The notes below the pieces were generated by a model. It saw only the letters and a program-made list of their open reading frames with translations, did not search any database and was not told where the DNA came from. The position numbers and the translations under genes were made by a program. From Trueperaceae bacterium (lineage in GTDB: Bacteria > Deinococcota > Deinococci > Deinococcales > Trueperaceae), in contig JAXHNB010000002.1 in assembly GCA_034520945.1 (NCBI GenBank), positions 96,001-160,000 of the forward strand: a stretch of 64,000 nt of DNA, read 5' to 3'. Shown here in pieces: positions 1 to 7,959 of this stretch (position 1 is the stretch's first letter; every line of letters starts with the position of its first letter).

Positions 1-144
1 TGGACCGAGTGGACGACGGTGTGGAGCTCGCAGTTCCGGCCGATGCTGGCGCAGGCCATGGTCGGCGAGGTGTCCGTGGAGGAGGCTCTGTCCAACGGAG
101 CCGAGGCCTGGACCGAGCTGCGCGACACGGTGCGTGGCAACTGA
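1..144 (+). CDS. 3' end of probable sugar ABC transporter substrate-binding protein (partial)
   Basis: Frame 1 is open from the window edge to TGA at 142-144 (..QAMVGEVSVEEALSNGAEAWTELRDTVRGN), typical of an SBP C-terminus. It precedes two sugar permeases. Confidence 0.7.
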   Translation, partial: WTEWTTVWSSQFRPMLAQAMVGEVSVEEALSNGAEAWTELRDTVRGN

Positions 145-165
145 ACCTCTAGGCGCACGGGATGA

Positions 166-199
166 CGGGCGCCCGGCCCACGGCAGGGTCGGGCGCCCG
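166..199 (+). terminator. Intercistronic stem-loop after the SBP gene (mRNA stabiliser or partial terminator)
   Basis: CGGGCGCCCGGCCC-acggca-GGGTCGGGCGCCCG, 14-bp stem with one G-U pair and no U-tract. Confidence 0.55.
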
Positions 200-216
200 C
201 TCCAGGCGGGAAGCGG

Positions 217-1104
217 ATGACCCGGGAGACCCGAAGCCCGTACTTGTGGATCCTGCCGGTGCTCGTGCCGGTGTTCCTGTTCACCCTGTACCCGGTGGGG
301 TATGCCCTGTGGACGAGCCTGCACCGCATGCAGGTGTTGCTGCCGGGCGAGCCGTTCGTGGGGCTCGCGAACTATGCGAGCGTGCTCACCACCGACAGCG
401 TCTGGACCGCGGCCCGGAACACCCTCGTGTTCACGGCCACCAGCGCCCCGCTCACCGTCGCGGTGGGCCTGGGCGTCGCCTATTTGTTGCTGGCCCACTA
501 CCCGGGCCGGATCTACGTGCGCTCGGTGGTGCTGCTGCCGTGGGCGCTTCCCGGCGCCATCACCGCCGTGATCTGGACGTGGGTGTTCCAACCGTCCTGG
601 GGCATCCTGAACCTGATCCTGCGGTCGCTCGGCATCGTCGAGGAGAACGTGCGCTGGCTCACGCGCCCCGACCTCGCCAAGGTCGCGACGACCGTCGCCC
701 ACGTGTGGACCCAGTTCCCGTTCGCGGCCGTGCTGATGCTGGCAGCCCTGGCGGCGATCGACGAGACGCTGTACGCCGCCGCCGCCATCGACGGCGCCAA
801 CGCCTGGCAGCGGTTCCGATTCATCACGCTGCCCCAGATCAGCACCATGATCGCCATCCTGCTCATCTACGAGACGTTGGTGGCGATCACCAGTTACGAC
901 GTCACCTACGCCATGACGGGCGGTGGACCGGGCAGCGCCACCACGTTGTTGTCGTTCCAGATCTGGAAGCAGAGCTTCAGCGAGCTCAACTTCGGCAACG
1001 GTGCTGCACTCGCGTTCCTGACGGCTTTGTTGTCGCTGGTTTTCATCGTGTCGATCCTGCGCGCGATCCCCACCGAGATCTTCGGGACGAGTGACGGCGA
1101 ATGA
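217..1104 (+). CDS. Carbohydrate ABC transporter permease (MalF/UgpA-like)
   Basis: Several TM helices, FVGLANY motif, EAA-like loop LYAAAAIDGANAWQRF. Confidence 0.93.
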   Translation: MTRETRSPYLWILPVLVPVFLFTLYPVGYALWTSLHRMQVLLPGEPFVGLANYASVLTTDSVWTAARNTLVFTATSAPLTVAVGLGVAYLLLAHYPGRIYVRSVVLLPWALPGAITAVIWTWVFQPSWGILNLILRSLGIVEENVRWLTRPDLAKVATTVAHVWTQFPFAAVLMLAALAAIDETLYAAAAIDGANAWQRFRFITLPQISTMIAILLIYETLVAITSYDVTYAMTGGGPGSATTLLSFQIWKQSFSELNFGNGAALAFLTALLSLVFIVSILRAIPTEIFGTSDGE

Positions 1105-1994
1105 CGCGGGGCCGCGACGTCGGGCGCGCCTTCCTGATGCTGGGGGCGTTCCTGGTGTTTCTGTTCAGCGGTGGACCGGTGCTGCTCGCGTTCATCGGAA
1201 GCATCGTGCCCGACCAAGCGATCTTCAGCTATCCGCCCAACTGGTTCGGGCACGGGGTCACCCTGGACAACTATCGCTACATCTTCACGGGAGAGCTGCC
1301 CAGCGTCTATCAGGAGCAGGGGGCGACGCGCAGCATGATCTCCGACGCCGCGCGGCAGGTCCCCCGGGCGCTGATGAACAGCATGATCGTGGCGGGAAGC
1401 GTGGCGCTGGTCAACCTCCTCCTCGGCGCGCCGGCCGGGTTCGCCTACGCGCGGATGCGCTTCCGCGGGCGCATCCTGACCTTCATGGGGTTGATCATGG
1501 CGCCGCTGGTTCCGTCCATCGCCCTGATCGTGCCGTACTATCTTCTTGTCCAGGAGTTCGGGCTGGTAGGCAGCCGGATTTCGATGATCGCGATTCACTC
1601 CGTGATGACGCTTCCCTTCACGGTGCTGATCTTGTCGGTGTTCTTCCGTCGCGTTCCCGGCGAATTGCACGATGCCGCACGCGTCGACGGGTGCACGCCG
1701 TTCCAGGTGTTCACCCGGATCTTCGTGCCGCTGGTCCGCCCCAGCCTGCTGGCCACCGGCCTGTTCGCGTTCATGTTGTCGTACGCCGAGTTCATGTTCG
1801 CGCACGCCCTCGGGGGCGGCTCGGACGTTCGGCTGCTGCCCGTCGTGATGGCGGCCCTGGCGCGCAACCCCGACGTGTCGTGGGGGCTTCTGAACGCCTC
1901 GATCTTCGTGGCCGTGGTGCCTTCGTTGGTGCTGGTGGTGGTCGTGTGGCGCTTCGTGGTCGAAGGCCTGATGCTGGGAGGCGTGAAGGGATGA
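1101..1994 (+). CDS. Carbohydrate ABC transporter permease (MalG/UgpE-like)
   Basis: TLDNY motif, ELHDAARVDGC EAA loop, C-terminal GLMLGGVKG. ATGA overlap with the previous gene. Confidence 0.93.
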   Translation: MTRGRDVGRAFLMLGAFLVFLFSGGPVLLAFIGSIVPDQAIFSYPPNWFGHGVTLDNYRYIFTGELPSVYQEQGATRSMISDAARQVPRALMNSMIVAGSVALVNLLLGAPAGFAYARMRFRGRILTFMGLIMAPLVPSIALIVPYYLLVQEFGLVGSRISMIAIHSVMTLPFTVLILSVFFRRVPGELHDAARVDGCTPFQVFTRIFVPLVRPSLLATGLFAFMLSYAEFMFAHALGGGSDVRLLPVVMAALARNPDVSWGLLNASIFVAVVPSLVLVVVVWRFVVEGLMLGGVKG

Positions 1995-2731
1995 GACACC
2001 GGCATGGGCGCGGCGTGCGCACGGCCGAGGGCCCGCATGGATCGGACCCGAACGAGGATCCCCAGGCCAAGCAGGGGCCCGCGCCAACGGCTGGAGACGA
2101 CCGCTTCGTGGCGGCACTCACGAAGGCCCGCGTGATCGCGATCGTGCGGGGGCCGTACCAGGTGCCGCAGTACGCCGAGATCGTCGACGCGCTGGTCGAA
2201 GGGGGCCTCAGCTTGGTCGAACTGACGGTCGAGCAACCGCACGCCGTGGAGGCCATCCGCCGTCTCGCGCCGCAGCTGCCGCGCGACGTCTGGTTGGGCG
2301 CCGGCACCGTCCGAACGATCGAACATGCCGAACGGGCCGTCGAAGCGGGGGCGCGCTTCCTGGTGTCCCCGTCCTTCGACGCGGGGGTCGCACGGTTTGC
2401 GAAGGAGGCGGATGTCCCCTACCTGCCGGGCGTGCAGACGCCCACCGAGGTCGACGCGGCGCGCGCTGCGGGGTGCAGCGCCGTCAAGCTATTCCCCGCG
2501 CATCATCTGGGTCCCACCTACCTGAAGGCGATCAAGGCGCCACTCCACGATGTGAACTTCGTGCCGACGGGCGGGATCGGCCCCGAAGATGCTAATACAT
2601 GGATTTCTGCCGGCGCATGCGCGGTCGGCGTGGGCGGATTTTTGGTCGCACCGGGGGACGCGCCGTCCGAGATCCGCGAGCGCGCGCAAGCCATGGTGGA
2701 GGCCCTGAAGGGCGAGAAGACCGATGGCTGA
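1991..2731 (+). CDS. eda: KDPG/KHG aldolase
   Basis: IAIVRG, LVELT, GAGTV, FLVSP, PGVQTPTE, KLFPA and FVPTGGI motifs. Start taken at the ATG overlapping the upstream stop, so it is uncertain. Confidence 0.9.
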   Translation: MRHRHGRGVRTAEGPHGSDPNEDPQAKQGPAPTAGDDRFVAALTKARVIAIVRGPYQVPQYAEIVDALVEGGLSLVELTVEQPHAVEAIRRLAPQLPRDVWLGAGTVRTIEHAERAVEAGARFLVSPSFDAGVARFAKEADVPYLPGVQTPTEVDAARAAGCSAVKLFPAHHLGPTYLKAIKAPLHDVNFVPTGGIGPEDANTWISAGACAVGVGGFLVAPGDAPSEIRERAQAMVEALKGEKTDG

Positions 2732-3710
2732 CGCGACGGCTGCGGATCCAAGCCCCACCTTCGACGTCACCAGCCTCGGCGAGGCCCTGGTGCGCTTGTC
2801 GGTGCCCGCCGGCACGCGTCTATCCAACGCTGCGCGTCTCGATGTGCACGTTGCGGGGGCGGAGAGCAACGTGTGCGCGGCGTTGGCGGGGTTGGGACGG
2901 CGCAGCGCCTTCGTCACGCGCCTTCCGCACAATCCGCTGGGGGACCTCGTCGTGCGCCGGCTGCGCGAATGGGGGGTCGACCCCAGCGGGATCGTACGCG
3001 CCGACCAGGGGCGGGTCGGTACCTATTTCGTCGAGTTCGCAGCGCCACCACTGCCGATCCGGGTGACCTACGACCGGGCCGACAGCGCCTGCACGCGGTT
3101 CACGTCGGGCGAGGTGGACTGGGAATGGATGCTCGATACGCGGGCGCTGCACCTCACGGGCATCACGCCGGCCCTGAGCCCGTCCTGCCGCGAACTCGTC
3201 GGGGAGGCCGCCGATCGGGCACGTGAGCGGGGCGTGCAGGTCAGCTTCGACGTCAACCACCGGGCGCAGTTGTGGAGCGACCATGCGGCGGCCGAGGCCC
3301 TGCGGCCGTTGCTGCGCGCGGCCGACCTGCTGCTCTGCAAGCGCGACGACGCGGAGCGCCTGTTTGGGATTTCGGGGGCGCCCGAACGGATGCTGGACGA
3401 GCTTCAGGACCTGTCCGGCGCGGTGCACGTGGTCATGAGCCTGGGCGAGGAAGGGGCCCTGGCCCGCAGCGAGGGACGGACCTACCATCAGCCGGCGATC
3501 CCGGTGACGGTGGTGGACCGGATCGGCGCGGGCGACGCGTTCGCGGCAGGCGTGATCGATGGCGTTCTCGACGGCGACCTCGAGGCTGGCTTGGCCACGG
3601 GCACTGCTCTGGCGGCGCTCGCGCTGACGCAACACGGCGACGTCGTGGTCACCGACCGGGCCGAGGTCGACGCCGCGCGCCATGGCCTGTCGGGGGGTGT
3701 TCACAGGTAG
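2724..3710 (+). CDS. kdgK: 2-keto-3-deoxygluconate kinase (PfkB family)
   Basis: GEALVRL, AGAESNV, YDRADSA, SFDVNHR and DRIGAGDAF motifs. Adjacent to eda. Confidence 0.88.
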   Translation: MADATAADPSPTFDVTSLGEALVRLSVPAGTRLSNAARLDVHVAGAESNVCAALAGLGRRSAFVTRLPHNPLGDLVVRRLREWGVDPSGIVRADQGRVGTYFVEFAAPPLPIRVTYDRADSACTRFTSGEVDWEWMLDTRALHLTGITPALSPSCRELVGEAADRARERGVQVSFDVNHRAQLWSDHAAAEALRPLLRAADLLLCKRDDAERLFGISGAPERMLDELQDLSGAVHVVMSLGEEGALARSEGRTYHQPAIPVTVVDRIGAGDAFAAGVIDGVLDGDLEAGLATGTALAALALTQHGDVVVTDRAEVDAARHGLSGGVHR

Positions 3711-3791
3711 CCGCCAGACCGACCACCACGTCGGATGCGCAGACGTCGACGCGAACGCCGCGTACGTGGTGGGTCGAAGGGAGGAGCAGGG

Positions 3792-4256
3792 ATGCCGACC
3801 ATCGAAGACAAGCTGCACGAACGCGGCCTGGCGTTTCGGAGGGAGCGCCCCCAACGGCGCTTCGTCGACGCCAAGCAGGCCGGTGATTTGGTGTACCTCT
3901 CGGGCCACGGGCCGGAGGACGAACATGGGCACCTGCCGTGGGTCGGCAAGGTCGGTCGTGAGGTGACGATCGAGGAGGGCTACCAGGCGGCCCGCAGGGT
4001 GGCGGTCAACTGCCTGGGGAGCCTGAAGGTGCATCTCGGCGAGCTCGAGCGCATCGACGAGGTGATCAAGGTGCTCGGTTTCGTCAACAGCGCGCCGGAC
4101 TTCCACCGGCAGCCCGAGGTCATGCACGGCTTCACCGACCTACTGCTGGAGGTGCTGGGCGAGCGCGGCCGTCACGCCCGCTCGGCGATCGGCACGAACA
4201 CCCTTCCCAACGACCAACCGGTCGAGGTCGAAATGATCGTCAAGGTTCGCGTGTGA
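3792..4256 (+). CDS. RidA/YjgF/YER057c family protein
   Basis: VYLSGHGP, KVLGFVNS..DF..QP.V, HARSAIG (conserved Arg), PVEVE. RBS GAGGAG upstream. Confidence 0.9.
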   Translation: MPTIEDKLHERGLAFRRERPQRRFVDAKQAGDLVYLSGHGPEDEHGHLPWVGKVGREVTIEEGYQAARRVAVNCLGSLKVHLGELERIDEVIKVLGFVNSAPDFHRQPEVMHGFTDLLLEVLGERGRHARSAIGTNTLPNDQPVEVEMIVKVRV

Positions 4257-4355
4257 GGACGGGCCAACGTCGTCGGCCTCGTCGCGCCGCAGCCGTCCGG
4301 GTACGCTGAGGCAGAGGGGCGCGCCACCGAACCGCCGCCCCCGAACGGAGCGACC

Positions 4356-5360
4356 ATGACCGGACCCGATGCCACGTCCTCCACCGACCGATTTCGCGTG
4401 GTGGTCACCGACCACGCCTATCCCGACGTGAGTGCCGAACGTGAGGTGCTCGGCGCCGTGGGCGCCACGGTGCACGATGCGCAGGCCCGGGGCCGGGACG
4501 AGCTGATCGAGGCGGTGCGCGACGCCGATGCAGTGCTGGTGCAGTTCGCCCGGATCGACGCGGAGGTGCTGGCGGCCATGCGGCGGTGCCGCGTGGTGGT
4601 GCGCTACGGCATCGGGGTGGACGGCGTCGACCTCGAGGCGGCCACCGAACACGGCATTCCGGTCGCGAACGTGCCGGACTACGGCCTGGACGAGGTCGCG
4701 GATCACGCCATGACCCTGCTGCTGGCCTTGGTTCGCAAGCTGCCGCAGGTCGCCGAGCAGGTCCGCGCCGGCGTGTGGGAACCGAACCCGTGCCGGCCGC
4801 TCCACTCGCTGCGTGGACGGACGCTGGGCCTGGTGGGGTTCGGGGCGATCGCCCGGCGGGTGGCCGCGCGGGCGCACGCCTTCGGGCTCGACGTGCAGGC
4901 GTACGATCCCTACGTCGAGGAGGGTGCCTTCGACGCGCACGGCGTGACGCGGGCCGGTTGGGAGGACCTCCTCGCCACCAGCGACTTCGTGTCGCTGCAT
5001 CTGCCCCTCAGCGACGCCACGCATCACATGTTCGACCGCGACGCGTTCGCGGCCATGAAGCGTGGCGCGTTCTTCGTCAACACCGCGCGCGGCGGGCTGG
5101 TGCGAACGGAGGACCTTCTGGCGGCGTTGGACGATGGCGCCGTGGCGGGCGCGGCGCTGGACGTGCTGGAGCAGGAACCGCCGCCGCAGGACGCGCCGGT
5201 GGTGCAGCACCCGCGGACGCTGGTGACCAGTCACTGCGCCTGGTACACCGAGGAGGCGCGCCAACGGGTGCAGCGCTTCGCCGCCGAAGAGGTCGCCCGT
5301 GTGCTTCGGGGCGAGGGGCCCAAGAACCTCGTCAACCCAGCGGTGGCCCAGAAGGGCTGA
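4356..5360 (+). CDS. D-2-hydroxyacid dehydrogenase (CtBP-like)
   Basis: RYGIGVDGVD, NVPDYG..EVADH, GLVGFGAIA Rossmann motif, VNTARG, DVLEQEP, HCAWY. Confidence 0.92.
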   Translation: MTGPDATSSTDRFRVVVTDHAYPDVSAEREVLGAVGATVHDAQARGRDELIEAVRDADAVLVQFARIDAEVLAAMRRCRVVVRYGIGVDGVDLEAATEHGIPVANVPDYGLDEVADHAMTLLLALVRKLPQVAEQVRAGVWEPNPCRPLHSLRGRTLGLVGFGAIARRVAARAHAFGLDVQAYDPYVEEGAFDAHGVTRAGWEDLLATSDFVSLHLPLSDATHHMFDRDAFAAMKRGAFFVNTARGGLVRTEDLLAALDDGAVAGAALDVLEQEPPPQDAPVVQHPRTLVTSHCAWYTEEARQRVQRFAAEEVARVLRGEGPKNLVNPAVAQKG

Positions 5361-5475
5361 TGGGACGCCTGGCGTGCGGCATGCGCGCCGGGTCGCGCGG
5401 GGCGAGTCGCTGTCCGGTGGAGCCACCTTCGTCGAGCACGAGGTGTACGGTGCCGGTCACTACGGGCGACGACGA

Positions 5476-5507
5476 TTGACCTTCGAGCCCGGTTCAAGGT
5501 GTATGTC
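5476..5507 (+). promoter_or_regulatory. Candidate promoter with long spacer containing a dyad (MerR-type architecture)
   Basis: TTGACC-20 nt-TATGTC. The dyad ACCTT...AAGGT (5479-5500) spans the spacer. The -10 box is imperfect. Confidence 0.4.
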
Positions 5508-5557
5508 TCTCTTCGGATCGAACCTCGAGGCGAGCTTCGAAGGGAGGAACGACCCTT

Positions 5558-5923
5558 ATGCGAGAGCCAGCGATTCGGGTTCTTCGCGCCGCACCTGCGG
5601 ACGCGTGGACGGTGTTGCCCGGTGTGTGGCTGTTGATTGCGCCCGTAGCGCTCGGGTACGCGGGCCTGCCCGACCCGCTCTGGAACGCCGTGTTGGTGGG
5701 TGCGGCCATCACGATCAGCGCGGCGGCGCGTGCGATCGGGGGCGGCGGGGTCCCCGTGCTCGGGTGCATTTGGAATCAGGTGGCGTTGGGCGCGTGGCTG
5801 CTCGTCGCGCCCTGGGTTCTGGGGTACGGCGACGTGACGATAGCCGTGATGAGCGATCTCGTCGCCGGCGCGCTCACGTTGGCCTTGATCTGGCGCGGCA
5901 TGCGACGCCGTGCCGGTGCCTGA
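5558..5923 (+). CDS. SPW-repeat small membrane protein
   Basis: Two GxWLLxAPxxLGY repeats, 4 hydrophobic segments, RBS GGAGG. Confidence 0.8.
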   Translation: MREPAIRVLRAAPADAWTVLPGVWLLIAPVALGYAGLPDPLWNAVLVGAAITISAAARAIGGGGVPVLGCIWNQVALGAWLLVAPWVLGYGDVTIAVMSDLVAGALTLALIWRGMRRRAGA

Positions 5924-5956
5924 GCCAAGCGAGGCGCGTCGTGCGCCAGGCGTGAC

Positions 5957-6200
5957 CTACGCGGCCCGAGCCCCCATGCTGCCCAAGTGGGTGTCTTGGA
6001 AGCCGCTGAACAGTTTGAGGCCGAAGCCCAGCGCGCGGTCGATGCCGATGTGCGTCACCCAGATCGGGGCGTACGGCAGCAGCGATGGCGCTTCGAACGC
6101 GAGGCCCACGTCTAGGAGCCCCAACGGGACGACCGTGGTGTGGACGGCGTTGTAGAGGGCGCTGCCGATGCGAGGGCCGCGCAGGTAGCCGACCATGGAC
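5957..6200 (-). pseudogene. DUF4260-family membrane protein, 5'-truncated
   Basis: SMVGYLRGPRIGSALYNAVH..WVTHIGIDRALGFGLK..FQDTHLG matches the C-terminal part of the family. The upstream in-frame sequence lacks the expected hydrophobic N-terminus. Confidence 0.6.
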
Positions 6201-6383
6201 GTCGCGGCCGTGGCGGGGGGCGTCGAGGGCGTCGTCACGGATGAAGCGTACGCCAAGGTGCTGCCGTGCGTCTCGGCTTCGCCATGCGAGGACGCCGGCG
6301 TTGGTCCTGCGTCTCGCCCGCGGTCGCGCGTCATCGCTTCGGCCCGGTGTCGGAGAGCGACGCCGGCGGGGCTAGGGTGGGGG

Positions 6384-6442
6384 TAGGGCATCTGTCCCTA
6401 CGGCCGTCGACGACGTACGGATAAGTTGGACCTACGTATCCG
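6384..6442 (+). promoter_or_regulatory. nirK promoter region: upstream dyad, -10 TAAGTT and overlapping 25-bp palindrome
   Basis: TAGGG-N7-CCCTA at 6384-6400, TAAGTT at 6422-6427, CGGATAAGTTGG-A-CCTACGTATCCG at 6418-6442 (10 of 12 pairs). Confidence 0.55.
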
Positions 6443-6486
6443 AGTTGGCCGATAGGGGCGGCTTGGAACGAGGAGAAAGGAGCGAG

Positions 6487-7881
6487 ATGGACATGAAGAG
6501 ATTCACGAGCGTATTCGCATCGCTGCTGGTCGGCCTGGCCGGCCTGGGACTGTTCACACTGGCGTGGGCGCAGGACGACGAAAGCCCCGCGGAGTACAGC
6601 GCCGACGTGAGCTACCGCCTCACCACCGGACTCGCCGAAGGCAAGATGGTGTTCTTCGGCGTGGGCGGCGACATCGACGGCGAAGTCAACCCCACGCTGA
6701 CCGCCGAGCCCGGCGACGTGGTGGCCGTGACGCTCGTCAACGGCGACGGCGTCCAGCACGACGTCCTGTTCGAGGGCTTCGCCAACGCGCAGAGCGACAT
6801 GGTCACCACGGAGGGCGCGAGCAGCACCTTCGTATTCCGCGCCAACGAAGAGGGCGCCTTCGACTACTACTGCACCGTGCCGGGCCACCGCCAGGCCGGC
6901 ATGGAGGGCAGCTTCGTGGTCGGCGAGGCCGAGGCCGCGGCCGACGACGCGGAGAGCATCGTGCGTGCCCCGACCGACCTGCCGGGACCGATCGCCGACC
7001 GGGACGAGCCGGTGCACCACGACGTCACCCTCACCACCGTGGAGAAGCAAGGCCGCCTGGCCGACGGCACCAGCTACCGCTTCTGGACCTTCGACGGCCA
7101 GGTCCCCGGGCCGCTCCTGCGGGTCCGGCAGAACGACACCGTCACCGTGACGTTGGAGAACCCTGCCGACAGCACCATGGTGCACTCGGTCGACTTCCAT
7201 GCCGTCACCGGTCCCGGCGGCGGCGCGGTGGCCACCCAGACGGCGCCGGGCGACGCCACCAGCTTCAGCTTCACGGCGCTGCAACCAGGCCTGTACGTCT
7301 ATCACTGCGCCACGCCGATGGTCGCCCACCACATCACCAACGGCATGTACGGCCTGATCCTGGTCGAGCCCGAGGAGGGCCTGGCCGAGGTCGACAACGA
7401 GTTCTACGTGATGCAGGGCGAGCTGTACACCCAGCAGGACTTCGGGCAGAAGGGCGAGCTCGACTTCAACGTCGACAAGCTGCTCGACGAACAGCCCGAG
7501 TACTACGTGTTCAACGGCGCCGTGGGCGCCCTGACGGGCGACGGCGCCCTCACGGCGGAGACCGGCGAGAGCGTTCGCATCTTCTTCGGTGTCGGCGGAC
7601 CCAACAAGACCAGCAGCTTCCACGTCATCGGCGAGATCTTCGAACGCGTCTACGACCAGGCCAGCCTCACCTCGCCACCCCTCACCGACGTCCAGACCAC
7701 CACCGTCGCCCCGGGCGGCGCCACCATGGTCGAGTTCGGCGTCGAGGTGCCGGGGACGTACATCCTGGTCGACCACGCGCTGAGCCGCGCCGAGCGCGGC
7801 CTGGCCGGCCACCTGGAGGTCAGCGGCGAAGGTGACCCCGACGTCTACCAGGGCGAGGTCACCGAGGGCAGCGGACACTGA
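6487..7881 (+). CDS. nirK: Copper-containing nitrite reductase with signal peptide and extra N-terminal cupredoxin domain
   Basis: Signal peptide ending AWAQ; cupredoxin HDV..YYCTVPGHRQAGM; NirK core HSVDFH, YHC..H..NGMYG, SSFHVIG, LVDH. Alternative ATG at 6493. Confidence 0.95.
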   Translation: MDMKRFTSVFASLLVGLAGLGLFTLAWAQDDESPAEYSADVSYRLTTGLAEGKMVFFGVGGDIDGEVNPTLTAEPGDVVAVTLVNGDGVQHDVLFEGFANAQSDMVTTEGASSTFVFRANEEGAFDYYCTVPGHRQAGMEGSFVVGEAEAAADDAESIVRAPTDLPGPIADRDEPVHHDVTLTTVEKQGRLADGTSYRFWTFDGQVPGPLLRVRQNDTVTVTLENPADSTMVHSVDFHAVTGPGGGAVATQTAPGDATSFSFTALQPGLYVYHCATPMVAHHITNGMYGLILVEPEEGLAEVDNEFYVMQGELYTQQDFGQKGELDFNVDKLLDEQPEYYVFNGAVGALTGDGALTAETGESVRIFFGVGGPNKTSSFHVIGEIFERVYDQASLTSPPLTDVQTTTVAPGGATMVEFGVEVPGTYILVDHALSRAERGLAGHLEVSGEGDPDVYQGEVTEGSGH

Positions 7882-7959
7882 GTCACCGCTGAGCCCCGTT
7901 CCACGAAACCCGCGTTCGGCCCGCAGCCCATGCTGCGGGCCGAACGCGTGCGACGCGAC

